A DNA stretch of 63,908 nt, filler included, from Octopus bimaculoides (taxonomy: Eukaryota): assembly GCF_001194135.2 (NCBI RefSeq). It is 9 parts of 9 records of this genome, joined end to end, with 100 filler letters (N's around TTAATTAATTAA, not from the genome) between each part and the next. Parts side by side here need not be neighbours in the genome. Positions count along the whole stretch, not along the records: positions 10,609 to 16,364 come from NC_068993.1; positions 16,465 to 28,095 come from NC_068990.1; 7 more parts are not named here. One strand, 5' to 3'. Position 1 is the first letter of the stretch. Each line of letters starts with the position of its first letter. Made by a program: the position numbers and the translations under genes. Positions 12,633 to 24,900 of the stretch are shown in pieces. Below the pieces are notes generated by a model, which ran no database searches, had not been told where the DNA came from, and saw nothing but the letters and a program-made list of their open reading frames with translations.

Positions 12633-12636
12633 TAAA

Positions 12637-13310
12637 GATCTCAGCGGACAAACTGAAATAGCCCTTGAGCTAGTTTATTCTTGTCGAAATTCTTAGAGCT
12701 TGGGCAGAAACTCAGTCCAAGCTCTAAGACTGAGACATCGTTGGGTGAAAGTTTTAGTTTAGATAAATTTATGACCGACTTATTCTCCAGTGTAATGAAT
12801 TTCCTTGGGCAAGTGGTTTTCAGAGTCTTACTTTCATTAGATTCCTGACAACCTTTTGGGCTTTGCTCGAAATCTTCACTTAAAACATGGAACCTATTGG
12901 GTGATAAAAAATTCTCTGAATGTTCATATGAAAAATCTTAATTTTTAGTCATCTTTCTAGTCTATTTCTAGGTGGGTGATAAAAAGTGAGTGACTTCTGT
13001 GGTTTTTGTAGGCATCTGAAAAGCCATTACTTTTGGGAAAGGAACAAATTTATTGTTTTTAAGGCAAAATCTTAAATGTGCTGGCATTTTTGACTGATCA
13101 AATAAAAACTTCTCTGGAGCGCTTCCAGTCACCAGTTCAAATGCGTACGCCAGGATAAAAAGACCACAATCATATGCACCAACTTGGAATTAATAATATG
13201 AACTTGTTAAACTGTAGAAATTATCATTGTTTGTGGTGAGTACAGCATTGTTATTTGTAGCTGTTGTGCTAAAAACTATGGTTTTAAGTCTAGTTTTTCA
13301 AAAACCAGCG
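12637..13310 (-). mobile_element. Penelope-like element 5' ORF remnant with Ulp1/C48-like cysteine protease domain
   Basis: Same minus-strand frame reads FQVGAYDCGLFILAYAFELVTGSAPEKFLFDQSKMPAHLRFCLKNNKFVPFP, a linker with three stops, then VINLSKLKLSPNDVSVLELGLSFCP (PLE N-terminal motif). Confidence 0.65.
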
Positions 13311-13317
13311 TTGGATT

Positions 13318-13500
13318 TTTGGATACAAAAGTTAAGTTTTCTGGAGGTAAAATAGTGACAGGGTTATTTAATAAGCTCATGTCATCCCACATTTACCTCC
13401 ACTGCCGCTCCGATCATCCACTCATGAGAACGTGGGCAGTTAATGTCAACATAAATTTCGCGTCTCATAGATTAGTTTCCCAGGAATCTGGTCAAAAAAT
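13318..13500 (+). mobile_element. Penelope-like RT thumb fragment, inverted relative to the adjacent PLE 5' part
   Basis: FLDTKVKFSGGKIVTGLFNKLMSSHIYLHCRSDHP; same family motif as 20065-20130 (KPTSSHIYLHHCSDHP). Confidence 0.6.
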
Positions 13501-13559
13501 CTGTCACTACCTTTCTTGATCTAGGGCACCTGAAACAACAGGGAAGGTTTTGGTTTTTA

Positions 13560-15300
13560 ATTGCTACGTTCTAAATATCTCAATCCCAAAGTCCTTATAT
13601 TTTGACAATTTTTCACTTCCTTTGCTGAGGCACTATTATATCAATTAATAGGCATGTTTTTTGTCGTACGTCTTTGATGATGTCTGGTTGGTTTGCCTTT
13701 ATTTGTCTGTCTGTATGTATCCCACATTCCCATAGAATGGTAACTTTCTCTCCCTCAGTGACTGGCTCTAGATAGTGTTCATACCAATTGGTAGGGTGTG
13801 GGATATCATAGTGACAGCATACGCTCCAGTGTAAGTATTGGCCAATTCGATCATGCCTGGTTTTGTATTCTGTAGTATTCTGAAGGTGCAAGAACTGAGC
13901 AACCGGCAACAATGTAGTCAATACTCTCCAGTTAGTCATTGCATAGATTACACTTTGTATCTACCACATTTTGTGTGACATTAGCTTGATAGTTCTGAGA
14001 GGGGAGATTTTGATCTGGAGTCACTAGGATAAATCCTTCTATTTCGGTTTTCAAACCAGCTATCTGCAGTCACTGATGGGTTCTTTTCATATCTACATCA
14101 ATTTCCCCAGCTTGTTTGGGTATTCCCATGCAATGGCTTTTTTTTCCACAGTCTCGATATTTCCTTCAAGCTTTCCTGTTTGGCTTTACAGTTTTTTNNN
14201 NNNNNNNNNNNNNNNNNNNNNNNNNNNNNNNNNNNNNNNNNNNNNNNNNNNNNNNNNNNNNNNNNNNNNNNNNNNNNNNNNNNNNNNNNNNNNNNNNNNN
14301 NNNNNNNNNNNNNNNNNNNNNNNNNNNNNNNNNNNNNNNNNNNNNNNNNNNNNNNNNNNNNNNNNNNNNNNNNNNNNNNNNNNNNNNNNNNNNNNNNNNN
14401 NNNNNNNNNNNNNNNNNNNNNNNNNNNNNNNNNNNNNNNNNNNNNNNNNNNNNNNNNNNNNNNNNNNNNNNNNNNNNNNNNNNNNNNNNNNNNNNNNNNN
14501 NNNNNNNNNNNNNNNNNNNNNNNNNNNNNNNNNNTCCACAGTCTCGATATTTCCTTCAAGCTTTCCTGTTTGGCTTTACAGTTTTTTGCTGCGTTAGTGG
14601 GTGGTGTGTCCTCCTTGTCATCATCATAATCAGGGAGATCAAGCTCTTGTCTGTATTTATATGCCTCCTTTGAGATTGAGTACAGGTTCTTACTCATGTT
14701 GCCTTACCAGCTGTGTTATCCAGTCGGTGTTACTTTGAATGTACATTTGGAACCCTATCGTGGTCATTGTATAGGACGTTTCAAGTTGGATTAAGCTTCT
14801 ACAACCTTCTTTTCATAGATGATAGACCCTGTGGAGTCTGATTTTGGGTGGTGCATCTTGTATAGTGTCAGCAGTTTCCTGGACGTTATGTCCATACGCT
14901 GGATTTCACTGATATTCAAATTGACGACATTAATGAATGGACAACTTATACCGCCAGGAAGTTTATAGCCGCAATTCTATTATGGGAGTTCAGCTCAGTA
15001 TTCAGGACCATTCTGACATGTCTATAGTACTCTTTTCTGATTTTTCTTTCATTGAATTGTGTTGAATCTCTTTCCCTTCGTGTACCCCAAGGTACTTATA
15101 AAAACCTTCTTGCACCAGGTCCTTGATAGATGTATTATGATCATGTTGGGTCATGGTATTAGCTGTCAGTTGACCACATTTGAATGAAGCTTTTGTACAC
15201 TTGTACAGGCCAAATTCCATATTTATGTCATCGCTGAATTTTTCCACAGTTACTAGTAGCCCTTTCAGACTCTTGTCATCAAACTTCTATATTAATAAAA
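13560..15300 (-). mobile_element. R4/Dong-like non-LTR retrotransposon fragment (RT C-terminal half plus restriction-like endonuclease)
   Basis: FSDDINMEFGLYKC..YKYLGV, and TEYKTRHDRIGQYLHW..WYEH..EPV..TILWE..IHTDRQIKANQPDII..TCLLID (RLE PD..D motif). Multiple frameshifts. Confidence 0.75.
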
Positions 15301-15419
15301 TTGGTTTGGTAAAACTCATGTGTCAGTTGATCAGTGCATGTCAGTCTGCTATAGTCACTTCTCCTCCCTACAAAGATCTTAGCGTTCCAATAAATAATAA
15401 ATAAATGAAAAATATGACG

Positions 15420-15553
15420 CTGATTGTCTGCTGGTATCTGCGTATGTGTGGTGTGTGTGCACATGAGTGTAACTATGAGACTGTGTTTGAGTGTGTCTGT
15501 GTGTGTGCGCGTAACGGTATGAGACTCTGTGTGCGTGCGCGTAATTGTATGAG

Positions 15554-15602
<49 letters not shown>

Positions 15603-15704
15603 GTGTACCTGTATGAGACTGTCTTTGTGTGTGTGCACGTAACTGTATGAGACTGTATGTATGTTTGTGTGTGTGCGCGTAACTGTGTGAGACTCTCTGT
15701 GTGT

Positions 15705-15740
<36 letters not shown>
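15420..15740. repeat. Compound (GT)n minisatellite with a recurrent GCGCGTAACTGTATGAGACT anchor
   Basis: About seven imperfect copies of the anchor separated by variable GT tracts. Confidence 0.7.
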
Positions 15741-15741
<1 letters not shown>

Positions 15742-16464
15742 AAACAATAACTGAATGTGTATGTTGGTATCTGTATGCTTAACATACAAACTGCGTGTGG
15801 AATGTCTGCTGATATTGTGTGTGTGTAAGTTGTTGTCTGTGTACGTTTGTGTAACAATATAAGTCTATAATTGTCTGCTGATATCTGTGCATAATTGTGT
15901 GTATGTTTATATATATATGTGTGTATGTATAAAACGAATACACTGTGTATATGTGTACGTAACAATATGTAACTGTGTTTGAGTATGTGCGTATGTCGTT
16001 ATCTGTGTATGTTTGTGTAACAATAGGAGATTATGCAATTGTCAGTTGGCATCTGCTAGCGCGTAGTTTAGAGGTTAGTGTGTGTGATGATGCATGTTTG
16101 AATGAAGACAAAGTATATTTATATGTATCTGAATGTACGTATGCGTGACGTGATGCATATGTGAAGATGAATGAATAAACGCATGTATGTTAAAATTTTT
16201 TTAAATGTCTGTATGTATAAGTGCGTATATATGTGAGTGAATATAGAAACAAAGTAGAATGACCCGAGAGACACATTCTACACACCAGAATAGTTTACAA
16301 ACGATGGTTTTTATATCGAGTTGAAAATTGTCGTCTGTTACTCTCAGCCTTCCAATATATATATNNNNNNNNNNNNNNNNNNNNNNNNNNNNNNNNNNNN
16401 NNNNNNNNTTAATTAATTAANNNNNNNNNNNNNNNNNNNNNNNNNNNNNNNNNNNNNNNNNNNN

Positions 16465-17153
16465 TATTCACTGTGGCACACAGATGAAAATGCGCCTCGT
16501 CACTGAACAACACAACAGATGCATTGGGGATATTTTGTTGCATTTCCAAACACAATGCTCTGCGAGTTTCAATATCTCTTTCGCTGAGTTCTTGTGACAA
16601 TATCATTTTGTATGGATGCATTTGCAGATCATTGTTAAGAATTCTTCGCAAACTTCTATCGGAAAGCCTAAGAGCCGTGGCACGTTTAGATGCTGAATGC
16701 CGTGGAGACTGTTGAATTGAGGCTCTTACCACTGCCACATTTTCTGGAGTTCTGGCGGTGCGAGGTCGGCTGGTTGATTTTCGTTTCAATGCTGATCCAC
16801 TGGCTCTGAAGTTACTAACCCATAACAAGATCGTGTTTCGAGCAGGTACGGGATCATGTCTACCAAGTCTGAAGTGCAAACGGAACGCTCGTTGTGTTGC
16901 AGTTACAGATTCGTTCTTAATAAATGTTTCCAGAATGAAAGCGTGGTGCTCACCAGTCCAATTCATGTTAGCAACTGAAATGAAACAAAATAACATTATT
17001 CGAAAACGAAATGAAAATAAAATGAAACGAAATGAAACAAAACAAAATGGCATTATATGTACCTTTCGAAAATGAAAAAAACTTTTTTGTAACTTTAATT
17101 TATTTGCCTTTTATTAAACCTACAAATGTGTCAGATCATTTTGCCGGACCCTG
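16465..17153 (-). mobile_element. Tc1/mariner-superfamily transposon, 5' half (DUF4817-type HTH, first catalytic D)
   Basis: ORF MNWTGEHHAFILETFIKNESVTATQRAFR..RPRTARTPENV..HPYK..VLFSDEAHFHL. TIR TA|CAGGGTCCGGCAAAATGATCTGACAC. Truncated by a gap. Confidence 0.9.
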
Positions 17154-17719
17154 TATAATACCATTATTTTTTTGTTATTGTTTGTACATAGATACAGATA
17201 TAGGCACCATCAACATATTTGTGGATATCAGTCAACCTGTTACTTTCTCTCTTTCTCTGTGTATGTATATAAACAAAATACAATATATGACAAACTTCTT
17301 CATTACAGCGACACAGCTCTAAATCTGCGAAAACCGGTTTTTAACCGGTTTTGAGAATTACTTATACTTAAACTCGGTTTTGGGAATTATTGGTTTTTTG
17401 CGAGCCCTAGTGTACATAGGTGTTTGTGTGTGCATATGAGTGTGTATGAATGCATGTGTATGGGTGTGTGTGAATATGTGCATGTATGTGTTTGCCTGTG
17501 TGCTTGCATATGAGTGTGTGTGTTGGTGTGGGTGAGGATCTTTTTGTACATGATAAAATATGGAAACGTGTGTGTGCAGTAGATATATGTGTTGTGTGGG
17601 GGTGGGATGTAAGTTATGTATATGGATGTGTGAGGAAGATACATAAAAAAAAGTTGGGCAGCAGAGGAAAGGAGAATGACAGGGAAAAGAAAGTCAGAAG
17701 CTGTTACAAAAGGAGGGGG

Positions 17720-19445
17720 TTGTTAAGTCCAAACAGTGTATGAGTTTGTAGTGTGAAAATGTACAGTTACTCCTCGCAAAGTCATTTAGTCGTGGTTCCC
17801 CCGGTGTAAACCAGGCTGTAGACAGTGAGGTGTTCAATGAAGTGGTTATTTGAGCAGAAGTGACGGGTAACTGGGGTAATTTTTTGTGGGGCAAATATCT
17901 CATAAATGTTCTGTAAATCTGTCAGCTAGATGACAACCAAGGCAATAGAGGATGTTAGAAAAGATACAAGAGAAAGAGTCCTGGATGTAAATAGTGTGTT
18001 GGAGGTGGTGTTCATGATGAACGAACAGACAGGTGTGGCAACAGGATCTGGAGCAAGAGAAGGATTCAGAATGAGGGGGAGAGGGGAGGGAACTATAGAC
18101 CAATAGTACACATAGGTTACAGGCATGTTTGAAGGAGGGGTGAGGTGGGTTGGGGAAAAAAGGAAGAGTTGTTGGATCAAATAGGATAAGTCAGAAAGTG
18201 CATAGAATTTCCTGCTGAAGGTGTAGGGTGGAGGAGTGGGAAAAGAGGGGAAAGAGAATGTGGCTGGAGATGGATATGGGGAAGGAGAAAGGGCTGATGT
18301 GTGATCAGCTTGGTGGGCACAGGTAAAGTCAGCATGGACAAGGTCGGAACAGTATCTGCAACTACCAGACGAGTCAAGTATTGAGACTGAGTTTCAAAAT
18401 CCTGGTTGTGGCTGCACAGATGGTGAAGACAAAGGAATTTGGAGTAGGGAATGACCGGTTTAGTGTGGGAGGAGAAAAAATCGAGGTAGAGATGGGAGTC
18501 AGTAGGTTTGAAGAGGGCGGAAGTGGTGAAAGAGTGATTGAGGGGATCAACAGAGAGAGAGAGAGATATTAACAGAGGTGTCAAAGATGACAGGAGTAAA
18601 CTCAAGAGAAGGATGAAATGTAGAAACGAAAGAGATAAACTTAATGAGTTGTTCATGGAAAGAAGAGGCTGTGCCAATACAGTTGTCTATGTACTGACTG
18701 CATAGCTCTGGAATCAGTCTGGAGAACTGAGAGAAGATTTGGGCCTTGACATATCCAACAAATAAGTTGGCAAAGTTGGGACCCATTCTCAGTTTCATGC
18801 TGATCCCTATTGGTAGACCTCGCTCATGAATATGAAGTAGTTAAGGGTGAGAATGAGTACAGTGAGGTGGAGAAATGGAGATGTGCTGAGTTCAAGGACA
18901 GTGCAATAGTTGAGGAAGTACTGGAGGGCCAAGGGGCCATCATTGTGGGGAATAATGGTGCAGAAAAATTTAATGTCCATGAGAAAGAGGAGGCAAGCGG
19001 AGCCAGGAGAGAAGGAAAAGGAATTGCAAAGGCAAAAGGCATGGTTGGTATCTTGGATGTGAAATGGGAGGAAAGTGACTAAGAGATAAAGTATGAGGTC
19101 AAGGTATTTTGAAATGTGTTGCAGGCAGAAACGATGGAGCAGCCAGGTTTGTTGGGTTTATAGGTCTTGGGGAGGGAAAAGATGGTGGAAGTGTGGAGGG
19201 CATGAACAATAAAGTTGGTGGCAGTAGGTGGGAGGGCAGAAGACAAGACAAAGTCATGGATGGTGGACATGCACTACTAGTCAAAGGAGATTGAATCAAA
19301 GGGCAGGAGGTGATAGAATGCAAGGTTACAAAGCAGTCAGAATGCTTCCTCCATGTAAAGGTCAATGCTCTACATTGCAACAGCTCTAGCTTTGTCAGCT
19401 GATTTGATGACAATGTCATCATGGTGACAGAGGTGGCAGAGGACT
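17720..19445 (-). mobile_element. Penelope-like element (RT plus GIY-YIG), degenerate
   Basis: DDIVIKSADK, LPKTYKPNKPG..IVSACN, MGPNFANLFVGY..YIDNCIG, KPTDSHLYLDF..IPYSKFL, DSFSCIFSNILYC..LADRFTEHL in successive frames. Confidence 0.85.
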
Positions 19446-19699
19446 GAAAATTTGATGTTCTTCCTAATGCCAACCACTCCAGGAGTGTGCGTGTGTGTGC
19501 GCGCGTGTGCGTGTGTGTTACCACTTGACAACCTATGTTTGTTTACATCCCTATAACTTAGTGGTTTAAGGGAAAGAAATCCAACAGGATAAGTACCAGA
19601 CTTAAACTAAGTACTAGGGTCAATTTGATCAAAACAACCTTTCAAGACAGTACCCCTAGCACACCTGCAGTCCAGTCACTGAAACAATATATACCTATA

Positions 19700-20035
19700 T
19701 ATGAGGAGACCCCATTTGGTCATGAATGACCATGGGATTGCACCTAGAAAGTTACCCTCCGAAGCACAAGTCCAGGCAAGGTTGTTTGTAGAAGGCCAGC
19801 AGTCGCCCATGCATACCAGCCTCCCCTCTCCACACCATTGATATTATCCAAGGGAAAGGCAAAGGCCGATACAGCTAGACACCAGTGATGTTGCAACTCA
19901 TTTCTAAAACTGAGTTAACTAGAGCAATGTGAAATAAAGTGTCTTGCTCAAGAACACAACATGCAGCCCAGTCCGGGAATTGAACTCACAACCATAAGCT
20001 TGATGCTCTAACCACTGAGCCATGCGCCTTCACAC
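19700..20035 (-). mobile_element. tRNA-derived SINE, family C
   Basis: Minus-strand head GGCGCATGGCTCAGTGG (A box) ... GAGTTCAATTCC (B box) then TCTTGAGCAAGACACTT. The head is related to 39050-39412. Confidence 0.7.
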
Positions 20036-20049
20036 CTATATATATATAT

Positions 20050-21330
20050 ATATGTATGTATATATAATTGAATTAGTTTGCAAGCCTACGTCATCGCACA
20101 TTTACCTACACCACTGCTCCGATCATCCACATCATATAATTCAGTCAAATCCAAAATCCCACTTTTTGAGAATAAAATGGATTTGTACTGATATAAAGGA
20201 TTACTGGAAACATACAAATGCTTTTGTACACCATTATGTCAAACACAGTTACAGTGAATCATGATTAAAGTAAATCGCAGATGACATAGCTAAAATTAGC
20301 AAGGAAAGTCAAACTTCCTCTTTTTCTCTTTTACTTGTTTCAATCATTTGACTGCAGCTATGCTGGAGCACCGCCTTTAGTTGAGCAAATCGACCCTAGG
20401 ACTTATTCTTTGGAAGCCTAGTACTTATTTTAGCGGTCTCTTTTGCCGAACCGCTAAGTTACGGGGACATAAACACATCACCATCATTTGTCAAGCAATG
20501 TTGGGGGGACAAACACAAGCACACAAACATATACATACATATACATATATATATATATATACATATATACGACGGGCTTCTTTCAGTTTCCATCTACCAA
20601 ATCCACTCACAAGGCTTTGGTTGGCACAAGGCTATAAGCAGAAGACACTTGCTCAAGGTGCCATGCAGTAGGAATGAACCCGGAACCATGTGGTTGGTAT
20701 GCAAGCTACTTACCACACAGCCACTCCTGCACCTATGCCATGTATAATTTTAGCAAACAAAGTAAACTATGTGATAGAATTCCTTTAGGGATTAACTGGC
20801 ACCAAATTTCGCTGGTATTTCAAAAATGTTACATGAAAGTTACCAGTATATTGCAGAAAAATATCCTCACTTCAAACAAATATTCCCTCAGCTGTTAATT
20901 GTAGCCTTTAGACGGAATAAAAATATACAAAAAATATTAACCTCTACCTCTGACTCCAAGAAAACTAACATTGGAGTTTCTGAATGCTGTACCTTGCAAA
21001 ACAGCTGCAAGAGGGGTAAACCCAGTTCATTGTGCAACAACATGAGTGAAGTCAATTCCATCAGAAATCATAAAGAAATGTTATGATTTATACGGAAGGC
21101 AGGACATGTAAGATTCTTATTTGGTGTAAGCAGCAGAATGCACCAAACACAACTTGATTTATATTAGTTGTACAACAGAACAATAAAACTAAAGATTCTA
21201 TGGGCACAGATGACGTCAGGCACAATAGCAGTAGTTTTACAGAACTTGCCAAAAGCTGTAAACACTAATAGGGATGAACATAATTCTCCTGTAAATTCTC
21301 TTAAAAACAACAAATTTTCAATGGACTCTT
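20050..21330 (+). mobile_element. Penelope-like element 3' half (RT thumb, linker, GIY-YIG), interrupted by a SINE
   Basis: KPTSSHIYLHHCSDHPHHIIQSNPKSHFLRIKWIC, DRIPLGINWH, IVAFRRNKNIQKIL, AAECTKHNLIYISCTTEQ..RFYGHR. Confidence 0.8.
20318..20738 (-). mobile_element. tRNA-derived SINE, family B, full length with internal (TA/TG)n microsatellite
   Basis: Head GGAGTGGCTGTGTGGTAAG...GGTTCCGGGTTCA, CCTTGAGCAAGTGTCTT segment, tail AAGTAAAAGAG. Partial copies at about 6120-6280, 19520-19690, 31540-31725, 53520-53670, 56600-56850, 59951-60255, 61330-61375. Confidence 0.8.
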
Positions 21331-21790
21331 AAACAAAGGAAGATGTAATAAAGACAAATTTTAAACATTTGAGCATGGAAAATCAAGATAGGGAATCATT
21401 TATGTCAGACCAACCAAAGTGATGTGATACAATCAAGAAAGGTTGTGAAACATTTGAACAGAATTCGACATGCAAAAGTAGAACAAGTTATTCAAAAGCA
21501 GGAACAACTGCCTAGTGATTTTACCACCAATTCTTATCAAAAGCTGGATTAGTTAGCCATGAATAGTCACATGACAGGGATTAAAATCAAAACTCATAAG
21601 AAAATACTCTGTACAAGACCAAAACAAAACGTGTCCAATTTGTAACAAGGGAACCTGAAGAGACACATAAGAAAACACAAAAATGAACCAACAGAACTAA
21701 TTGAAAACTCATTGCAGACTTGCCATATTTGCAGGAGAGTATGCAAATCAAAAACTGGATTCACAAGCTGTTTGTGCAAGCATGTTCATG
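21330..21790 (+). mobile_element. RTE (BovB-like) LINE ORF2 C-terminal remnant
   Basis: DVIKTNFKHLSMENQDRESFMSDQPK..DTIKKGCETFEQN and the terminal Zn-finger-like CHICRRVCKSKTGFTSC. Confidence 0.55.
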
Positions 21791-21939
21791 CAGAATTTAG
21801 ATATACATACACACACATATTGGTGTATGTGTGTGTGTGTGTATGAGTATCTATATACAAATATACATGCATAGAAGAAAAGGTGTACACTAAAATATAA
21901 TGTCCAACAGTTACATATATTCAGCTGCCTAAATAGATA

Positions 21940-24900
21940 TGTAACTGATTGCCTAAGGATTGATAACAGAAGAACAGTAGACAGGAACCTAACTGCGGGT
22001 TAGCTAGCAGGCTGGTCTGCAAAGAAGGGACTTCTGGTTAAGTGGAACTTTTGTCAGAGACTTTAGATGGCTGATCACATTTGCACTCACAGTGTGTAAC
22101 TGAACAAAATGAAATAAATACTACACCAACACACTGTTCCCAGTTGATTTCTTGTGTACAGCTTAACAAAGCTATAAATGGTGACCCCCAACCAAAAGAA
22201 CAACTGCCTTCACTTCACATACCAAAGTAGAAAACATAAACATGGCAAGTGATCACACCACAGCACTGAAGCTCCCACAATTCTGACCAAAGCAGGCTGA
22301 GATATGGGTCACACAGGCAGAAGCGCAAGTTAATGTATGGAAAATAGCCCGGACCTAACAAAGTACTCATATGAAGCAGCAGCACTGGATGAAGACAAGG
22401 CAGCAAGAGTGCTAGACATCCTAATCCAACCCCCTGGCTACTAACAAATAAGTCACTTTAAAAGAGAGACTCGTAGAAACATTCCAGCTGAGCAACTGGG
22501 AAGTGGCAGCCAAGATGCTGGAGGAAGAATTAGGCAATTTCAAGCCTTCCGAGCTCATGGGCAAGATGCTGGCATTAGTTCCCCCTGGTGAGTTACCTTC
22601 CTTTTTGTTTAGGGAGATATTCCTCCATAAATCGCCACCCCAGGGCCAGGCCCTCATAACCCAGATGGAGATCAAGGACTCCTGTATGTAGTGAAATTGG
22701 TTGACAAACATTTTGTGTCCAGTGGCATTATGGTCAATGCCATAGGTCAGCCGCAAGACATGGTAGAGTTGAGCAAGATGACCTATATTTCTACCATACA
22801 AAGTTTGGGAAAAAGGCTACCAGGTGTAAGCAACCATGTAGCTTCAAGGCTCTTTTACCATCAGCCCCGGGGAAATCCAAGGTCAGCTACCATTGAAAAC
22901 CCTGGTGGCCAGCAAACAAGATCAACTGCTCCTGTATGTCCATGATCAGAGCTCCAGATGTAGGTTCCTAATTGACACAGGAACAGAAGTCAGAGTGACC
23001 CCAGCATTGGCAAGGGACCTCCATTACAGAAAGTGAGGCCAACTTTTAATGGCCATCAACAGCTCCACAACTAAAGTGTACAGTTACCGCATTCTTTCTT
23101 TTCACATCAGCTCATAAACATACACATGGACATTCACCATCACTGATGTCCATCAGCTCATTATCAGAGCAGACTTTCTTTGGGAACACTCACTGCTGGT
23201 TATCTTCAGAGGAGACAACTCATCAACAGCAACACATACACTTCTGTTTCTCTTGCAACATCTGCACACACCCCACCCACTCCACATAGCAACCATCTCT
23301 TGGTCTGAGAATGAATTCTCAAACCTCCTTGCAAGCCTCATAAATCTCTCTACCCCAATATTCTCCAAACCTACAACCTGGCACAAACCCACTACTAATC
23401 CGCCAGTGCACAGCTGCATGCATTGGCTATCACCAGACAAACTATTGCAAAGGCCAAGTTTGACAATATGGAGGCATTGAGCATTGTTCACCAATCAAGC
23501 AGTCCCTAGTCAGCACTCCTACATGAGGCACCAAAACCCAATGTCTCAATGCAAACACATGAGGCACTGTCTCAATGCAAGCACAACACTCAAACTCCAC
23601 CTTATTCCTCACATACAGGACTTCTTAGCCTAGCTAGCTGGGTGCTCAGTTTTCTCGAAGGTCAACCTCATTCAAGGTTACCACCAAATACCGGTAGGAG
23701 ACAATGATGTACCTAGAACCACTGTGAATACTTCTTTCAAGCTGTGCGAATTTCTATGTACACTCTTCAGCCTAAAAAACACAGCACAAGCCTTCCAATG
23801 CTTGATGGACACCATGTACATGGGTCTCGATTTTGTCTTTGTGTACCTAGGTGATATCCTTATCACAAGCCAAAATGTAAAGCTACACAAGAAACACCTA
23901 GTGACCCTTTTTGATAGACTGGAACAATATGGTTTTGTAATCAGCCCTGCCAAGTGTGTCTTTGGTGTTAAGGAAATCAACTTCCTGGGACATCAAATAA
24001 CAGGTGCCAGAAAAAGTGAAAGTTTGAAAGTTGTTTTCTCCTTTCCACATCCCACCACAGGCAAGGATCTACACCAATTTGTGGGTATGGTAAACTTTTA
24101 TCATCATTTCATCCCCTCTGCAGCGAGAGTGGTGAGACCCTCTATACAAGGCACTGTCAAAAGTGGGTTCAGAAAAACAGGTGGAGTGAGATAGTGCAAT
24201 GACCTTAGCCTTCAAATGCACTAAAGAAGCCCTTGCTAAAGTGACCATGCTGTCCCATCCTCATATGACAGCATGGACTATACTCACAGTTGATGACTCC
24301 AACACAGCCACTGGAGGTGTTTTGGAACAACACATCAATGGTCAGTTGTGACCTCTTGCCCCCTTCAGTAGACAACTACAACCACCTGAACAGAAATACA
24401 GTGCTTTTGACAGGGAACTGCTGGCTATCCATCTAGGTGTCCGCCACTTTCGCTATTTTCTTGAAGGTTGGTCACATTTTCACAGTTTTCATAGACCACA
24501 AACCACTCACCTTTGCTTTGAACAAGCTCTCAGAGCTATCATCTGAACATCAGCAATGACAGTTGCTGGCCATTTCTGAACACACTATGGATATTCAACA
24601 TATAACTAGAAAAAGCAACCCAGTCACTGATGCACTCTCTCAAACCCCTACCTGCTCTGACACATACATAGCTGCAATAACAGAAGGCCTGGATTATGAG
24701 GCTATGGCTGCAGCCCAACAGACAGATGACGAGATTAGGGCTTACTGCACTGCCATCACCTCACTTTCCTTGCAAGGTGTGTACTTTGGGTCCAACAGAA
24801 CAACTCTACTTTGTGATGAATCCACTGGGAAGCCACAACAAATTATTCCAGTAGCCTAACACCAGAAGGTTTTTGATGTCATCCATGGACTGTCCTACTT

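Noticed and set aside
14146-14586. Identical about 52-bp direct repeat on both sides of a gap
   Set aside because: Overlapping contig ends within the R4-like element; an assembly artefact. The same is likely for 61130-61229.
15470-15700. CRISPR-like repeat-spacer appearance
   Set aside because: Spacers are GT microsatellite, the repeats are imperfect, the context is eukaryotic and there are no cas genes.
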